Shown in pieces: positions 38,611 through 52,135 of a DNA stretch of 64,000 bases. Positions within the stretch are counted from its first letter, which is position 1; every line of letters starts with the position of its first letter. This DNA comes from Rhynchobatus australiae. Taxonomy: Eukaryota. The DNA lies in assembly GCA_034780895.1 (NCBI GenBank), contig JAUZTB010000068.1:21472673-21536672 (forward strand). The letters are read 5' to 3'. A program made the translations under genes and the position numbers. The notes beneath the pieces are model-generated. The model was not told the origin of the DNA and searched no databases. It was given only the letters and a program-made list of their open reading frames with translations.

Positions 38611-41600
38611 CCGTGGCCTCTACCTACACTGTTATAAGCAACGCCTCATTAGATCAGTTTCTAAAGTGGCACTGGGTGGGGAGGTTTGCAACTAGGAAAA
38701 TACCTCCGGCCCATTCATCAAGACAAAAGGATACATAAATGCTGCTCATAGTCTAATACTGTTGCTTAGATCCTCAGCAGATAGAAAGGCTTTAGAAAAT
38801 TCAGGAGTTAAAGAATGAAAAATTAAAATTGGAAATAATATCCTCTCATCCTTTATTTCCATACCTGAAATAAAGGAAGAGAGGATAGAGGCATTTTCCA
38901 AATTACACCAGCTGTTTGGTTCCTTGAGAGGACCCCCAACGACTGTGCCATTCAAGGCATACTACTGATGCTGTTGGAGTTTCCACAGGGAATGGAGAGA
39001 AAATTCTGACTGGCAAGGATCACTCTTCCATTTGGCCCCTACATAAATGATATTAATTTGTTTTATTCGCCACTTGACTTTCTGATCATTTCAAAAAAGA
39101 CAAGATCTTTTAGTCACTGAAAATTCAGAACTTGCTAAATTTCTGTCTTGTCTGATATGCAGTACACATCACCCATTTCTCCATCAGTGAACTCCATTTT
39201 CAAATGTCTGGTAATTGACATGTGGTGTACCCAGGGAAAAGTCCTGGGAAATTTCTGGTCTGTTTATTTTAAATGAAGAGGAGGATCTCTGAAGTAAATA
39301 CACAATATGACCCTTAGGACCTGCAAGCTTTATAGGTTAAATAGCTTTTTAAAAAAGCTTCAGTAATCAGTTCCCAAACTCACTGGACTACATTGAACAT
39401 GCATGTTTAAGTGGATAAATAATGAGATTTTGGCAGAGATGGAGGTGGGAAGAGAGTAGGATAACATGCTGAATACTAAGCACAGAGGTTCTGTAACTTG
39501 GTTTGTCTTGTTTATGAAAAAGGTCACACAGCTGAGTGACCAACAAATGTAGGTAGAGGATAATGGGAAGGAATTTTGTATAATAACCAAAATGCCATTT
39601 AATTCATAAAGCAGTAAATACATTAACATCAATGATGGGATGCTGCTTGGATACAAATCCAACCTAATTTTGAGTGTCAAAGAATCATGAAAGCTGAAAA
39701 GACAGTCACCAGTTAAAATAAGGAAACATCATTGGCTTGCTGTTGGTCGCAAAATGAACAGAAACTAGGTCTTAATAATCTTAGCATTGCCTTCAATAAG
39801 ACGAGTAAAGATACAAGAACCTGGTTAACAAGATGGTAAAGAAACATCTTTCACACAAGTGATCATTAGATTGTTAACCTGGTCCTTCACTTGAAAATTT
39901 TGTGTACAACTGGTTTAAGGGGGTCAAAGGCAATAATCCATGCTGTATTTCTTCATTAACTCCCCCAAAGTAACAGATAGTTTAGTGCAATAATCTTTGG
40001 TAGCCATGTATCTCTTTCCAGACCACATTAGCTATTTCTTTTTAATATAATAAAGTTTCCACTACTGCTCCTCATTCAGCACAAACCATTCCATGGAAAA
40101 TAAATGTGTTTATATCTAGCATTTATAAAGTACAAGGTAATTGCAGAGCACTTTAGATGATTAAGATTTAGATCTAAAAAGAAACAGCTTGCTTAAAAGA
40201 AATGACAGACAAGACCATATTTGCCTGAAGTATCCTCCCATTGTCAGGAGGAAGAGAGTTACCACAGATCAGATTTGAGCTGTGGACTGGAAAGCTCATT
40301 CACTGCAGTGGTAACGAGCATTTATCCCACATTTATTCAGGATGCTAAAAATAGTTCAGAAAGCCATACTAATTACAGATTACAAAAAACAAACACATTC
40401 CTGACCTCAAATCCGACCCTTTGTCAAATCATTCCAAAAGCACATGGCCATTGTCCAACAATACCAAACAATAATAAAGATTTCATTATTAAGTCCATGT
40501 TTCCGCAAAACTCTTTTGCTCTTTGCTGTCCACGAACAGAAGTCTCAAAAGGGGGAGGCTTTGGAAGTCTTAAACCTTAAAATTAGCTTGAGATTTATTT
40601 GTTAAGAGAATATCTAAATCACATACTTTTAACAACATAGTAAAACCACAATACCAAACTGCCCAAGTGTTTCTTGCAATTCTTAGACCACAGACAGAAA
40701 ACCATTCTACTGTACCTCAAAAAATGTAACTTGTGTTTGAATTTATAAACAGATGGTCTCTTCAGTACAACTTGTTGCTATAAAAACATGGTCATAACTC
40801 AAAGCTACTGTACGTGTGCTGCAGTAAACAAGTCAAAAGTGGTCTCCAATCCCACTGCCAAAACATTAAAGTGAAATTAAGGTACGGAATGGCTTTCTAT
40901 TAGAAAATAATAGTTGGCAATGAGTGTGCACAAAATCCAACAATTGTTGGTAGAAATATGCAGCCAAAAGGTTAACAACTAATCAATACTAGGTTAACAA
41001 CAATAAAAGCACAAATCAAAATGCAGTTAAAAGGAACCATACGAGAGCTCCAGTGAATAAGTAACCCGATACAGGTTTTCGATCTTGCATTTCTCATAAT
41101 TTTTAAGTTATTTATGAGCAATTTCAATCAGTGTGACACAAACTAGCAAAAGATCCCATCACAATGAACTAGCTCTGATTCACAATGGAATGACATGAGA
41201 ATTTGCAAATCTTGGTGGCACAGGTTATTTCTTTTAAGCAAGCCGTTTCTTTTTAGATCTAAATCTTAATCAGGAGAGCAAGTTTTATCAGGCTGAAAAA
41301 ACAAAATGCTTCAATATGCATGTTGACTTTCTTGATTAAATCAGGAATGGCAATTGAAGCTACAGTTCAGTTTTAACACTTGTGAATAAAGGCTAGAAGT
41401 ACTTTTTAAACCATTTAATGGAGGTCTGGCAAAGTTAAATTCGTTAAGGCAAACAAAAAAGATGACTGATTTGGACTACTAGCTGAGGGACGAAAAGTGC
41501 TGGTGTAATCATTAACACTTTGCTTCAGACAACATGGCGAAAGCTTAACATTTGCACAGCATAAACTCATACTTCTACAGCAAATCATCTTCTATGAAGA

Positions 41601-43009
41601 ATTTATCACCCTCAAAATCCTGTTCATCTGACGCCATAACAAATTCCCAACTTGTAATTGTACCGACTTGCTCATCTGGTGCTACAAAATATTCCAAGCT
41701 TACAATTGTACTAATGTCAGTACCATTCCAAATTCAGTCTGCACAACATTCTTGAAGAGTGAATACATAATCATGTTCAAAGTGTATCACCGTATCTATT
41801 AATGTACACCAACATGGCAATTACGTACTTGCAGCATATAGAATGGACTCCAGTGAAGTGAGTTTTACAATTAAATTTAAATCTTAGACTGTTCAACAGT
41901 AGGTATAAACAGGAAAAACCAGTTTGCAAAATTCCAGTCTCATTACTGATCCTTCACATCTGGCACACCAGACTGCAGTGTATGCTCCATTGGATTGATC
42001 GTCTGACAACAGTCAGCAATCTCATTCATTCATAGTATTGTCAAAGTTCACACTGAGGTCTAAGGTACTGTGCAAGGTCAATGCAGCTTTTCCTCCCCAA
42101 CACATTCTCACTGCATTTAAACAACCAAGGACAGAAGAGTTTCAGGTTTTGGTCTTTGGTCATAGATTGTAGATTTGATGTCCCACTGATTAAAAGTAGA
42201 AAATTCATTGTTTAAAATATTTTACACTGCAACACTAAAATGGAAGGCTTTGATTTATAATAACTAATCCAGAGTCCTGCTGACTACACATGCTGCCGGG
42301 AAAAGCTATTCAGTACATGCCAAGCACTACTGGGGAGGCAAAAATTACAGGCTTAAAAGGAGGATATTTATTGTATGCACAAACATTGGCACACTTAGTT
42401 TAAAAAAAGGCATTATCACCGCTAGTTCAATTTCTGTCCAACAGTACTGAGCGGCTCAGCTCAGCTCAGCCCAGCCCAGCCCCACCCCTGCACTTGGTGC
42501 TCTATCCCATTCTAGATTTCTATACCACATTGCACAAATCCAGGGTCATCAAAACCCTGAGTACACCTCCATTAGATCCCGATAGAGGGCCTCAGGGCAA
42601 AATTTTTAAAACTTATTTACCATCTGTCTATAACTCACTAATTTTCTCAATGCAAGTTCATAGAAATAGGATTAGGTATGCAGAAGTAAGTTATAGCTAC
42701 AGCTTCAAAGGAACCTGCTAAAAACTTGAGGGTTCTAGCAACCACTAGGTTGATCAGTAGAAAATTATTGTTGCTTCTGAGGGCATATGCACTTCATGAG
42801 TGGGACAGAACATGAAGACTAACAAAGTTAAATTTTGTCATCTTAAAGCATGAGGCAACAAGAAATAAGTCCCAGGGAAGTGTGCTGCTTAATATTAACA
42901 ATTTACAAGAGCTGGAATCATGCTGAAGCGGCACAGTGCCACGCACAAACCACCCAGTTCTGAAATTGCACAACAGTTCAACCAAGTTACAGCAAAGTAC
43001 TTGGCAGAT

Positions 43010-43330
43010 AATTTGACATACCAGGGCTTTTCAGCTTCAAAAGTAGGCCAGATTACAGAATATCTGATGGGTTAGAGAAAATAAACACATGTCATTATTT
43101 TAATATACTCCAGGGCACCAAGGGAATAAAAGCACAAGTTGAGCTCTAAAGGACATAGACAGGACAGACATCAAGTATTTATATACAAAGAACAATTCAC
43201 AGCTGGCATAAATTATCAGTAAAAATTGTTAAATCCAGGACAGCAGACAAAGAATGAACAACTAAATATTATATTGTGAAGATAAAGAACAGAGAATGAA
43301 CATTAAATGGGTTAAAGCCTTCGATTCTTT
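43010..43330 (+). mobile_element. Old CR1 3' fragment
   Basis: gggcttttcagcttcaaaag...ctgatgggttagagaaaataaac...agctggcataaattatc; weak similarity to the CR1 C-terminal region. Confidence 0.45.
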
Positions 43331-43929
43331 CGAACATACCTTGCAACTTAATACCATTGCTGTAAGAGCTGAATTAAAGCACATTAGAAATCATAGTCTT
43401 GGCTTTGTACCACTTGGAGGGCTACAGTAATCTTCTTTTTCTTGAATGAAAAGGGCAAGTCTAATCTTTGAGATGAAAGGGAGTAGTGTCTTTAAATATA
43501 TGTATGTGCAATTCTCTCTGTAACTGTGTTCATAATGTAATCCATTGAAAAGCAAATTGTGTAGGGTCTGGCTACTTTGCCCCAATGCATTATATACAAA
43601 TACATATGTAAGGAGTGTGAGTGTATTTTATAGTGGTGTTAATGTCCTTTCAACACAGCTTTTTACAACTTGCAAAGTTACAATAAGGTTTTGTAAGCTG
43701 TAAAAGTTTTCACGGGAGTTATTTCATCGCTGTTTCACTGGAAACCCTGCCTCCAGTGAGACCACACTGCTTGGGTCCTAGATTCTGCAGGCCAGCAAAG
43801 TTGGTCCTTTACATCTGTTCAGTTATGCGGGAAGTTGCACGCAATGATTCCAGGTGGCTGGATTCTGTCAGCAAAATCTGACCCAATGAATATTCATGCA
43901 CGTTTGTGTTTTTTTTAATTATGTACACG

Positions 43930-44317
43930 CTGTCCTGGGTTAAGAACGCCCAATTTATGGGCACCCGATGCACCATCAATTCTCTCCACCACTGGAGTGT
44001 GAAGTGTGTGCCAACTGCAAAATGCATTACGGTTATCTGCTTCTCTTCAATCCCTCAAGGACAATGGCAGCAGATGAATGGGAACACTTCCACATTTAGG
44101 TTCTCTTCCAAATCACACACCATTCTGACTGAGAAATGTGTCACTTTATCAGCACAACTTGGCCTAAATCCATCCTGAACACCTTACAGATGAGCTTTCC
44201 GGGCAGTACCTCTGCCAAAAGGGCACAGTTCAAATAAGTGACTGATTAAGAGTGATTACTGATAGGAAGTAAATGCTGTTCTTGTCATCAATCCCAACAT
44301 GCTCAAATAAAAAAAAT
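43930..44317 (+). mobile_element. 3' end of the non-LTR family seen at 7180-9255 and 15625-16215
   Basis: ctctccaccactgg...aaggacaatggcagcagatgaatgggaacac...ttccaaatcacacaccattctgact...taaatgctg, ending in an A-run. Confidence 0.7.
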
Positions 44318-44419
44318 GGTGCAACTCTAAATCAAGTAATTGTTTTCAGAATTTCCCCAATCTCCTCACAAGATTTGGTGTTGAATAAATTTTGGACTAT
44401 TTAGGTTCTGGATTTGAAC

Positions 44420-47200
44420 TCAAAAGAAAATACTCTTTGTCAGACTTTACTGAATTTTGATACTTCACTTCCTGAAGTCTGGACCAGATCTAACTCAGAC
44501 ACACCCTCATATGATATGCCATCCATCTCCAAGCAGAGATCATTTAATCTGCATAAACATTGGAATTTGTCACCAATTTCATCCAAACATCTGTTCTGAT
44601 GGTTCTCAACTTCCATTTGAGTTTGACTTGCTTTGGGAAGTCGAGAGATGAATGCACTGATCTTTTTCTTAATAGTGCAATTGTGACTTTGATTCAATTG
44701 TTTCCACTGAACTCTAAAGAAAACTTAATTGGACAAGACTCAGGCATGCTCTTAAATCTTCATGAGTTCTGAAATGGTAAACTCTGATGACGTCTGAGGC
44801 ACTTTGTATTTCAGCAAGAAATTGGCCAAGCCATGCTTCATTCTGAGTTTTGAATATCCCTTTAACATTTGCTTCTTTAGAGCTTTGTTATCCCCTGACC
44901 CCTCAGCTGCTCTGTTGAAAGTCAGACATGTGAAGAAATGAGAGTATACTGTATCTGATACTATTCCATTGCATAGTTTCTGAGCAGGATAGACTGAAAC
45001 AGAGGGCCATAATCAGAAAAGAGTTCTTCAGAAAAAGACATTTGCATACATAGATCTCACCCTGTCTCTAGTATGTTCGGTAGCAATATCAACTGAGTGA
45101 TTGTCAATCAAATATCAAAAACTGTCATTCCCTATTTGTTTTACAAAGTCTACATGTGATCTTTGGAAGAGTCTGTTAGGCCATAACCATGACTGCACAG
45201 GAGGTTTTGATTGCTTGTTCCAACAACTTTGGCAAATAATGTGTATTTTCTTATAATGATCCAAGGTTATCTATCTAAACAGGGCCTATAAACAAAACCT
45301 CCATTGCCTTCATACAAACTACTTCTGTGTTCACTATAAAGTTCAGCCAAAATATTCTCTCAAAATGATAGGCAACAGCACACTATGCATGACCCAACTT
45401 GATACATCTCTGGTCCCATTGTGGAATGCTGCCACTTCATCTATACCAGTCAAATTCTGTCCATCCTTTCAATGTCTTTGAAAGACTTTGAAACACTATC
45501 CCATGTGCTTCCTTTTCAATTAATACACAAGTACATTTGGCCATGCATGGATACAAGTGAAAAATGAGTTTGTCTTGTCTATCATTCATCTCGTGGCTTA
45601 TTACTGCAACAACATAATTTGAAAAGTCTTTCTGGCTCTATGATTTCAGACAGAGTCACTGGAAAGTCCCCATCATTGGCATTTAAATGTTGAAATCACA
45701 TTTTCACTTCCATAATTAAAAGTTCTCATGCAGTTGGTACAATGGAGAACCTACCACAGCTTTGTGTTGGGAACTCCTGTACTCAATTGTGTTATGGATC
45801 GATAGAAGGAGTGCACAATCTTTGCATCTTTAAAGCCCAATGTTTGCTGATTAGGTCCCAATATTGCTAGTGGCTGTTTATGATTTATGGCTGGGGCAAA
45901 GGACCTGCCTGTCGTAACCAGTGGAATCTTCTGATTCCAAACACTATCCCATGTGCTTGCTTTTCAATTAATACACAAGTACACTTGACCATGCATGGAT
46001 ACAAGTGAAAAATGAGTTTGTCTTGTCTATCATTCATCTCATGGCTTATTACTGCAACAACATAATTTGAAAAGTCATAGGTCCAAGTATGTTATTGTAA
46101 TGAAGAAGAGCTCCAGATGCTACTTTTTATTTAAAGCATCTTTGTTACTCCTTGCACCTCTATTTTAAATCTTTTTCCAACAAATAAAGCAATGATCTGA
46201 GCACCAACTAGAGAAATTCCATGCAATAATGCATGTTAGAATAACCTTAGCTCTGCTACATTTTCAGGCTTTGGTGCCATGGTAATGGCCTCTACTTTCT
46301 CTTTCATTGGCTCTAAGCCATTAGCATTAATTTTCAAACCAAACTACACTTAGTGTTACAAAACATACATTTGCTTCAACTCATTCACACTANNNNNNNN
46401 NNNNATCTCCTGAATACATCCATCAAATAATCATTCCTTTGCTCGTGACACTCAGACAAATTTAGTAAAATGAGCATGATCCATTTCTTGAAGATTCTAT
46501 ATATTATGGCTGGAAAATCCATAGTTATTTATAGTACACCCCCTTTTGACCTGTTTACGATGAGGTATCACTGACCATCTTTAGCTATGTTCATTTGTGC
46601 TAGGCATGAGATACACAAATTTTCTTTCCCTTTACTCCACATACAACTCCTGTAAAATGGGCAGCACACATTGTTCATAACTTGAGCTCGTTTGATTTAC
46701 CAGACTCAGTACAACTGCAGTGGTCTGTTCGTCTTGGGCACTACTGGAGTGGTCCATTCACCATGGTCAATCTTACAAGAACACCTTTTTTCTTAACTTA
46801 TCCAGTTTCATCATAACTTGACTCTTTAGAACAGTAGGACTTGTTTGGGCTTGCAAAAGATCTTTTTTATATCTGGTCTGGTGCCAAATGTGCATATGAT
46901 GCCAGTGCAGCTGTCTCAAAAAACACAAATCATACCTTTCCAACAATGTGTCATGGTGCAACTTGGAAGCATCAGTGCTACAAATCATTTTTCCAATCCA
47001 GTTCGCCAATCCTTCCCCATTGTCTGGAAAGTCACACCAGCTGAACTTGCTACAGTTTCTTGACCCATTATCAATCTGTGCCTATATCAATTTGTGTGAC
47101 AATACAGTAAATCTCCAATCATCCAGCAGCCTCAGGTCTTTAGTGCCAGATTGGCAATTATTCAGGATGTTGGATGTTCCTCCTATTAAAAGCCCAATCC
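44420..47200 (-). mobile_element. Highly decayed Gypsy/Ty3 LTR-retrotransposon pol (RT-RNase H-integrase order)
   Basis: Minus-strand motifs in Gypsy order: RT KIDHGEWTTPVVPK (~46750); RNase H VAVISHEMND..., IEKQAHGIVFGIRRFH, HKQPLAILGP, RMQR (~45800-46070); integrase ILAELYSEH, VVCMKAM, PVQSWLWPNRLFQRSHVDF, SDYGPLF, LANFLLKYK (~44800-45350). No LTRs recognised. Confidence 0.85.
45491..46076. repeat. 138-bp direct repeat pair (45491-45628 and 45939-46076)
   Basis: aaacactatcccatgtgctt...cataatttgaaaagtc occurs twice, 448 bp apart, with 4 mismatches counted by eye. Confidence 0.95.
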
Positions 47201-48649
47201 GCTTTTAATTTAATTCTTTTTTTATATGTTGCATTGCAGAATTTAGAGAATGAGCAAGAGAGCAACAGCCAGCATATAGTGAGCATGGGGAAGTGACCCC
47301 AGTGAGTTTAAGGGGAGCATAGGAAACATCAGCTACATGCCAAACTGTCAGAAAGCAGATTTTTACTGTTATTTTTTTTAAAAATCAGCAAGTTTTCTTG
47401 TTTGCTGTTTCTACTCTTTATGGTGAAGATACTGTAATCCCAGTTCCCTGCTGCCTAAACTATTGGTATAAATTGTTGCCATTTTGAATTACCTCTGAAA
47501 ATGTTACGATTGCTCATCCTTCCCTTGGATCTGAAGGCTGTTCAAATATGACTTGTTTTGGTTGCTGTAAACTCACAAGACTAAAGTTCATGGTGGTCAT
47601 CGCAATGATAGCAACCAACAGAATAGATCTCACCAGCATGCATCACAGCCTTGGATATTGCCAAGGCTCTGACTGTAGACTGCAGTTATACTAGTTATCC
47701 GCAGTTCATGAAACTCTCTTGCATCCTTAGATTCCAATTTCATCAGTACAGCAATTTTAGGTGCAAGTTTGGATGCCACATTTTGCCTGTTCAACTGCTT
47801 TCATTCAAGTCTTTCTTCTGCCAGCCCACACAAACACACCCGCACCCCTACTGTTTGAGGCAATGGCATGTTCTTTAATGAAAGAATGTGCTTACTAATC
47901 ACCTCATCCTGCTTCAGGCTCCTCGTCTCAAACTTGTAGTATTTCTAACAGCTTTGGATTAAAATAGCCTTCTAGTTTCTGCACAACTTTTCACTTTGCG
48001 TAGTGCAAGGAGATTTGCCAGTATACTACATATTTCTGGCCTTATCTCCAACAGAAGTATTACTTTTTCCACACACTCAGATTGCACTGTTTTCAATTTA
48101 TCAACTTTCCCTTCAACCTCCACATTATAGTTTCCTTTAGAAGGATGTATTTATTTATTCTTATATACACAAGATAAATGCTTCTGGAAGTTTGGTCACT
48201 CATGCTCCAGATTGTGCTATGCAGCAAAGTGCTGTTGTCTGACCCACATGACTCTTGACCAAAAGAATCACAATATGAAAATGGAATACATCTTGTTTGC
48301 ACTTAAAGGTATATGTCTTACAAAACTTTCAATGGGAGACTTAAAAATAAATCCAAATAAATTCAATGGTTAACAAAATCCTTAAACAATTAAAATGTAT
48401 TAACCTAAAGCAAAGCAATTAAAAGTGTAATTTACCTTTTCTTGCCTCTTAATTCATAGTTCCATAATGCCTATTGACATTAATACAGCCCTGTATTCTT
48501 CACCAGGTCATGCCTGCTACAGGATGGGAATGACAATTCACCAAAGCAACACTATGGAATCTCACCAAGGCTTGGCTCTTCCATTGAATGCCATGTGGTA
48601 TCCAGCAACTAAGCTGACCATCAACTATGGCCTAGAAGTCCTATGGTCT

Positions 48650-48735
48650 ATGCCCTGAAGAAGGGTCCTGACCCAAAACATTGACTGCCTGCTTTTTCTC
48701 CACAGATGCTACCTGACCTGCTGAGTGTTTTTCAT
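48650..48735 (+). mobile_element. Penelope-derived terminal fragment with decayed hammerhead motif
   Basis: CTGAAGAagggtcctgacccAAAAcattgactg...cagatgctacctgacctgctgagt. Confidence 0.7.
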
Positions 48736-51700
48736 CAGCTATGGCCTTATGAAGTCAGTGTCTAACAGTGTTTAGGATGTCTCTGACATATTGATGCTTA
48801 ACTGGCTAATGCTGGATTGTACTAATAGTCAGTAAGATCCCACCCTTGATATTTTGCTTCCTAATTGCAGACCCCAATTGAGGAACCAGAGGAACACAAT
48901 CATAAAAAAGTTAAGTTAGCATGGCTTACGAGTCTCCCAAATTACTATAATTTTTAAACAATTCTCTCAGCTTATACTTATTCGTGTAATCCCCGGTAAC
49001 GACAAGGAAACAACATTTTTTTTGTAAAAATTATTCATAGACCAAGGGAAAAAAATACTTTCTAATGGTGCAGCTTGTTTTTGGACAATTCATGAGACAA
49101 ACACTACTTTTCTTCTATTTACTAAACAACCTTAAATCAAAAAGGTTGCAGTGCTTGAAGCAGTTTCTCAACACATACTGCATCAGGCAGTGATGCAATG
49201 AAAATTGTTAGAGTTTGGAGAACTATTATTGCACCAATTATTTCAACTGCTTTCAAATTACCACAGGAACTCCCAAAACCTAATTTCCAACAAAAATGTG
49301 TGATTTTTGTTCAAGTAGTTACTTTAGAATTCCAAATTCTTCAAAATACCTATTTTAAATATTTAGCTTGCGATATATATAAGCAAATTATACATTGGCA
49401 TGCTTTGTATTGAACTACAGAATATCAGATTGTACAAGTCTTTATGCTTATAATGAACACACATTAAGGGGAGGAAACAGGGCCAGAATTATGGTTCACG
49501 TTCCTCTCACCAAGACTATTCCAAAAACAGGTTCAGAACAGGGAGATCCTGCTATTGCATTGCTGAAATATGGTAACTGAGATAAATAAACTTTCTAACC
49601 AATTTGTTTCCTTCCCAAGCAAGTTGATTCTGGAAGTGTTATCAAATGGTGCAAACTGCACCAATTTTTACAGCTTGCACTAAACACCGTCTGTTCTGCA
49701 TTTTATTTTAAAAATGCATTGTAGAATTTTTTTAAAAAGTGCAGCAATGTTTCTGCAATTTTAGAGGTTTAAATAGAATTCTAAAATTATATCCACTATG
49801 ATGAGCTTGTCGTCTCCTTATTGTCTTTGATCTGGTAGTCTAGTAATTAACCAAGTCTTTTATTCATTATTTTTTCAGTGAACCAGCAAACTGACTAGTT
49901 TGCTGTAGTTACTGATCATATAAATAAAAGCACAGAATTAAATTATCCATTAATAACTTACCCAGCAACTTACCCCAAGGCAGACTGTTCAACTTCCTGA
50001 AAGTGACAGGAACAATATGGCAGGACAGAAGTATAGGTTCATAAAAATAAATGTAGACATTCTGCAACATTAAAAAGTTGTGTTCAAAATATCGATGAGT
50101 AGTCTTTTTAAACAAAACTCCAGTTTGCAAAAATAAAAATCTATAATAAAAAAAGCATCATGAGTGAAATTCTACAAAAATAATACGAGATGGACTTCTG
50201 GTCAGTTTAACAAGGTCTCAGGTTAGGGTGGAATTAATCCTCACATTGTAACATTCCAGGCTTCTTTAGCATTGACTGAATGAATTAACCAAATGCTGTC
50301 ATGTTACGCCTCAGTACATTGAGCATTAACCAGACATTTTAAACAATTGCAAAGCTATAGTCAGCAAGCAACTTCTATAATATCATGCTGTAATTCTGAG
50401 CAACACACTTCATGTCATTCAAATCAGGCTTAAATCAGAATTACATGGTATTAGTATTTATACTGAAATCACAACACCTGGAGAATATTTACTAGAGCAG
50501 CACAAGTCCGACATATGGTACAGAACTTCAAAGACCACATTAATTTATGAATCACAATGAGGAAAAATATCGTTCACTATGTAGAATTCAAAGTTAGGAT
50601 TTAAACTGACTGGAAAGAATATACATTTTGGGCAGCAAAATCTAAATTTGCTGTATTTGTGTCATCTAACGACAATGGACAGAAAGAAGGAAAGGTCAGA
50701 AGTTAAAATACATTTTTCTTTGCATACATTTTCTAGCTTCTTTCCAAAATACCGGAACTAATGAAGTTAAAGAACAATAAAAAGGGAGAGTGCACAAAAT
50801 AAGATGGTCAAAATATTCAAAACTAAAACACAAGTAGATTATAAGCAACTAAAACACCAGGGTTAATCGATCAGCCTTATATATAAAAAAAAAGCTGAAG
50901 TGCAAGTGTCAAGACTTACTGATATGCTGAGTGGTAGGTCACAATTGAGGTTCCATCGAGTGATCAATTACTTCAAAGTAAGCACTTGTGATGGATATGG
51001 TAAATTATTGAAATAAAATGTTTAATACTTTCAACATCATTTAATTTTTGAATATAATGGAAATTTGAGAAATAAATTCTTGTATTAGAGCAAATCCATG
51101 GTAATCATCAAAATGTGACAGATTACTGACAGTTACAATATGTAATTTACTATAAAACTAAATTAAAATCCCATTTTTAAATGCAGTGAATTCCTGGGAG
51201 CACAGCAAGCTGATTCAGCAAGTAGCTACATTACAGATTTACATTCAGTGATTTGTATTATGGGAGACAGATCATCCCTGCCACAAGGCAGAAGTAGCCT
51301 ACATTTGGCCTCTGATCCACGAGGAAAAGATAAGAATAGAAATACATTTCAGTGCCTCTTAGTGGAAGTGTATGTATGTGGAATCTGAAAGAACAGGAAG
51401 TTGAGCTGCAATGTCCTTTCACATGACCTAATGCTCAGAGTCATTTTACTATAAATAATTCAAGCAGCATCTATGCACACTTGCCCAGTATCACATCAGC
51501 AACTTCAGGACAATTCCAAGTACTAAGCTTGCAAGTGAATCATTAGCTGCTGTAAACATTCTGCTTATAATGCAAATTTGATGCCTTGTGCCCATGACTT
51601 TATATGGAGACCTCCAGTTACATAAATTTTGCAAGATGCACTCCCAGCTGAATGTTTACTCTTTATATACAATACAAAATTTGTAAAGGGCTTCCAGATA

Positions 51701-51989
51701 ATAACGTTCCATACTATTTTGCTGCACAGAACACTTACTTTTACTAAACCAGCTGCCAAACTTAAAAATTAAATAAATTTACAGCAAAAGATTGAGAGAT
51801 TGAGATCCCAGTTGTGCAATATCTGTTCTGTTTGGTTCATTAGTGATCCGCTGTACATTTTTTTCCAGGAACAATAGCTGCCCATCCCGAGTGGGACAGA
51901 AGGCAAGAAACAAGCAGCAATCTTTCAATACTGATTCCCATGACAAATAAACAAGATAATTGGAATGTTCCTCAACCAAATTACAAAAA

Positions 51990-52135
51990 TAAGAAACTAC
52001 AGATGCTGGAAATCTGAAGCAACAACTAGAAATGCTCAGTAGGTATTCTGAAGTCATTAAGCTGNNNNNNNNNNNNNNNTCTTTGTACAGAGACAAGCTA
52101 ACCTGATAAATGTTTCCAGCATTTCATTTTTATAG
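51990..52135. mobile_element. Penelope-derived short element spanning a small gap
   Basis: actacagatgctggaaatctgaagc ... gtttccagcatttc. Confidence 0.55.

Noticed and set aside
41570-41730. Minus-strand ~52-codon acidic frame (IWNGTD...EYFVAPDEQ...MASDEQDFEGDKFFIEDDLL*) with AG/GT-like borders
   Set aside because: Resemblance to SRBD1 IGNGTA...YFAPLD is superficial, the phase does not fit, and no family is recognised.
42453-42488. (GCTCA)3(GCCCA)2 run; reads GGGGT/GGGCT/GAGCT on minus, like Ig switch pentamers
   Set aside because: Only ~35 bp, no Ig locus context; an ordinary degenerate pentanucleotide microsatellite.
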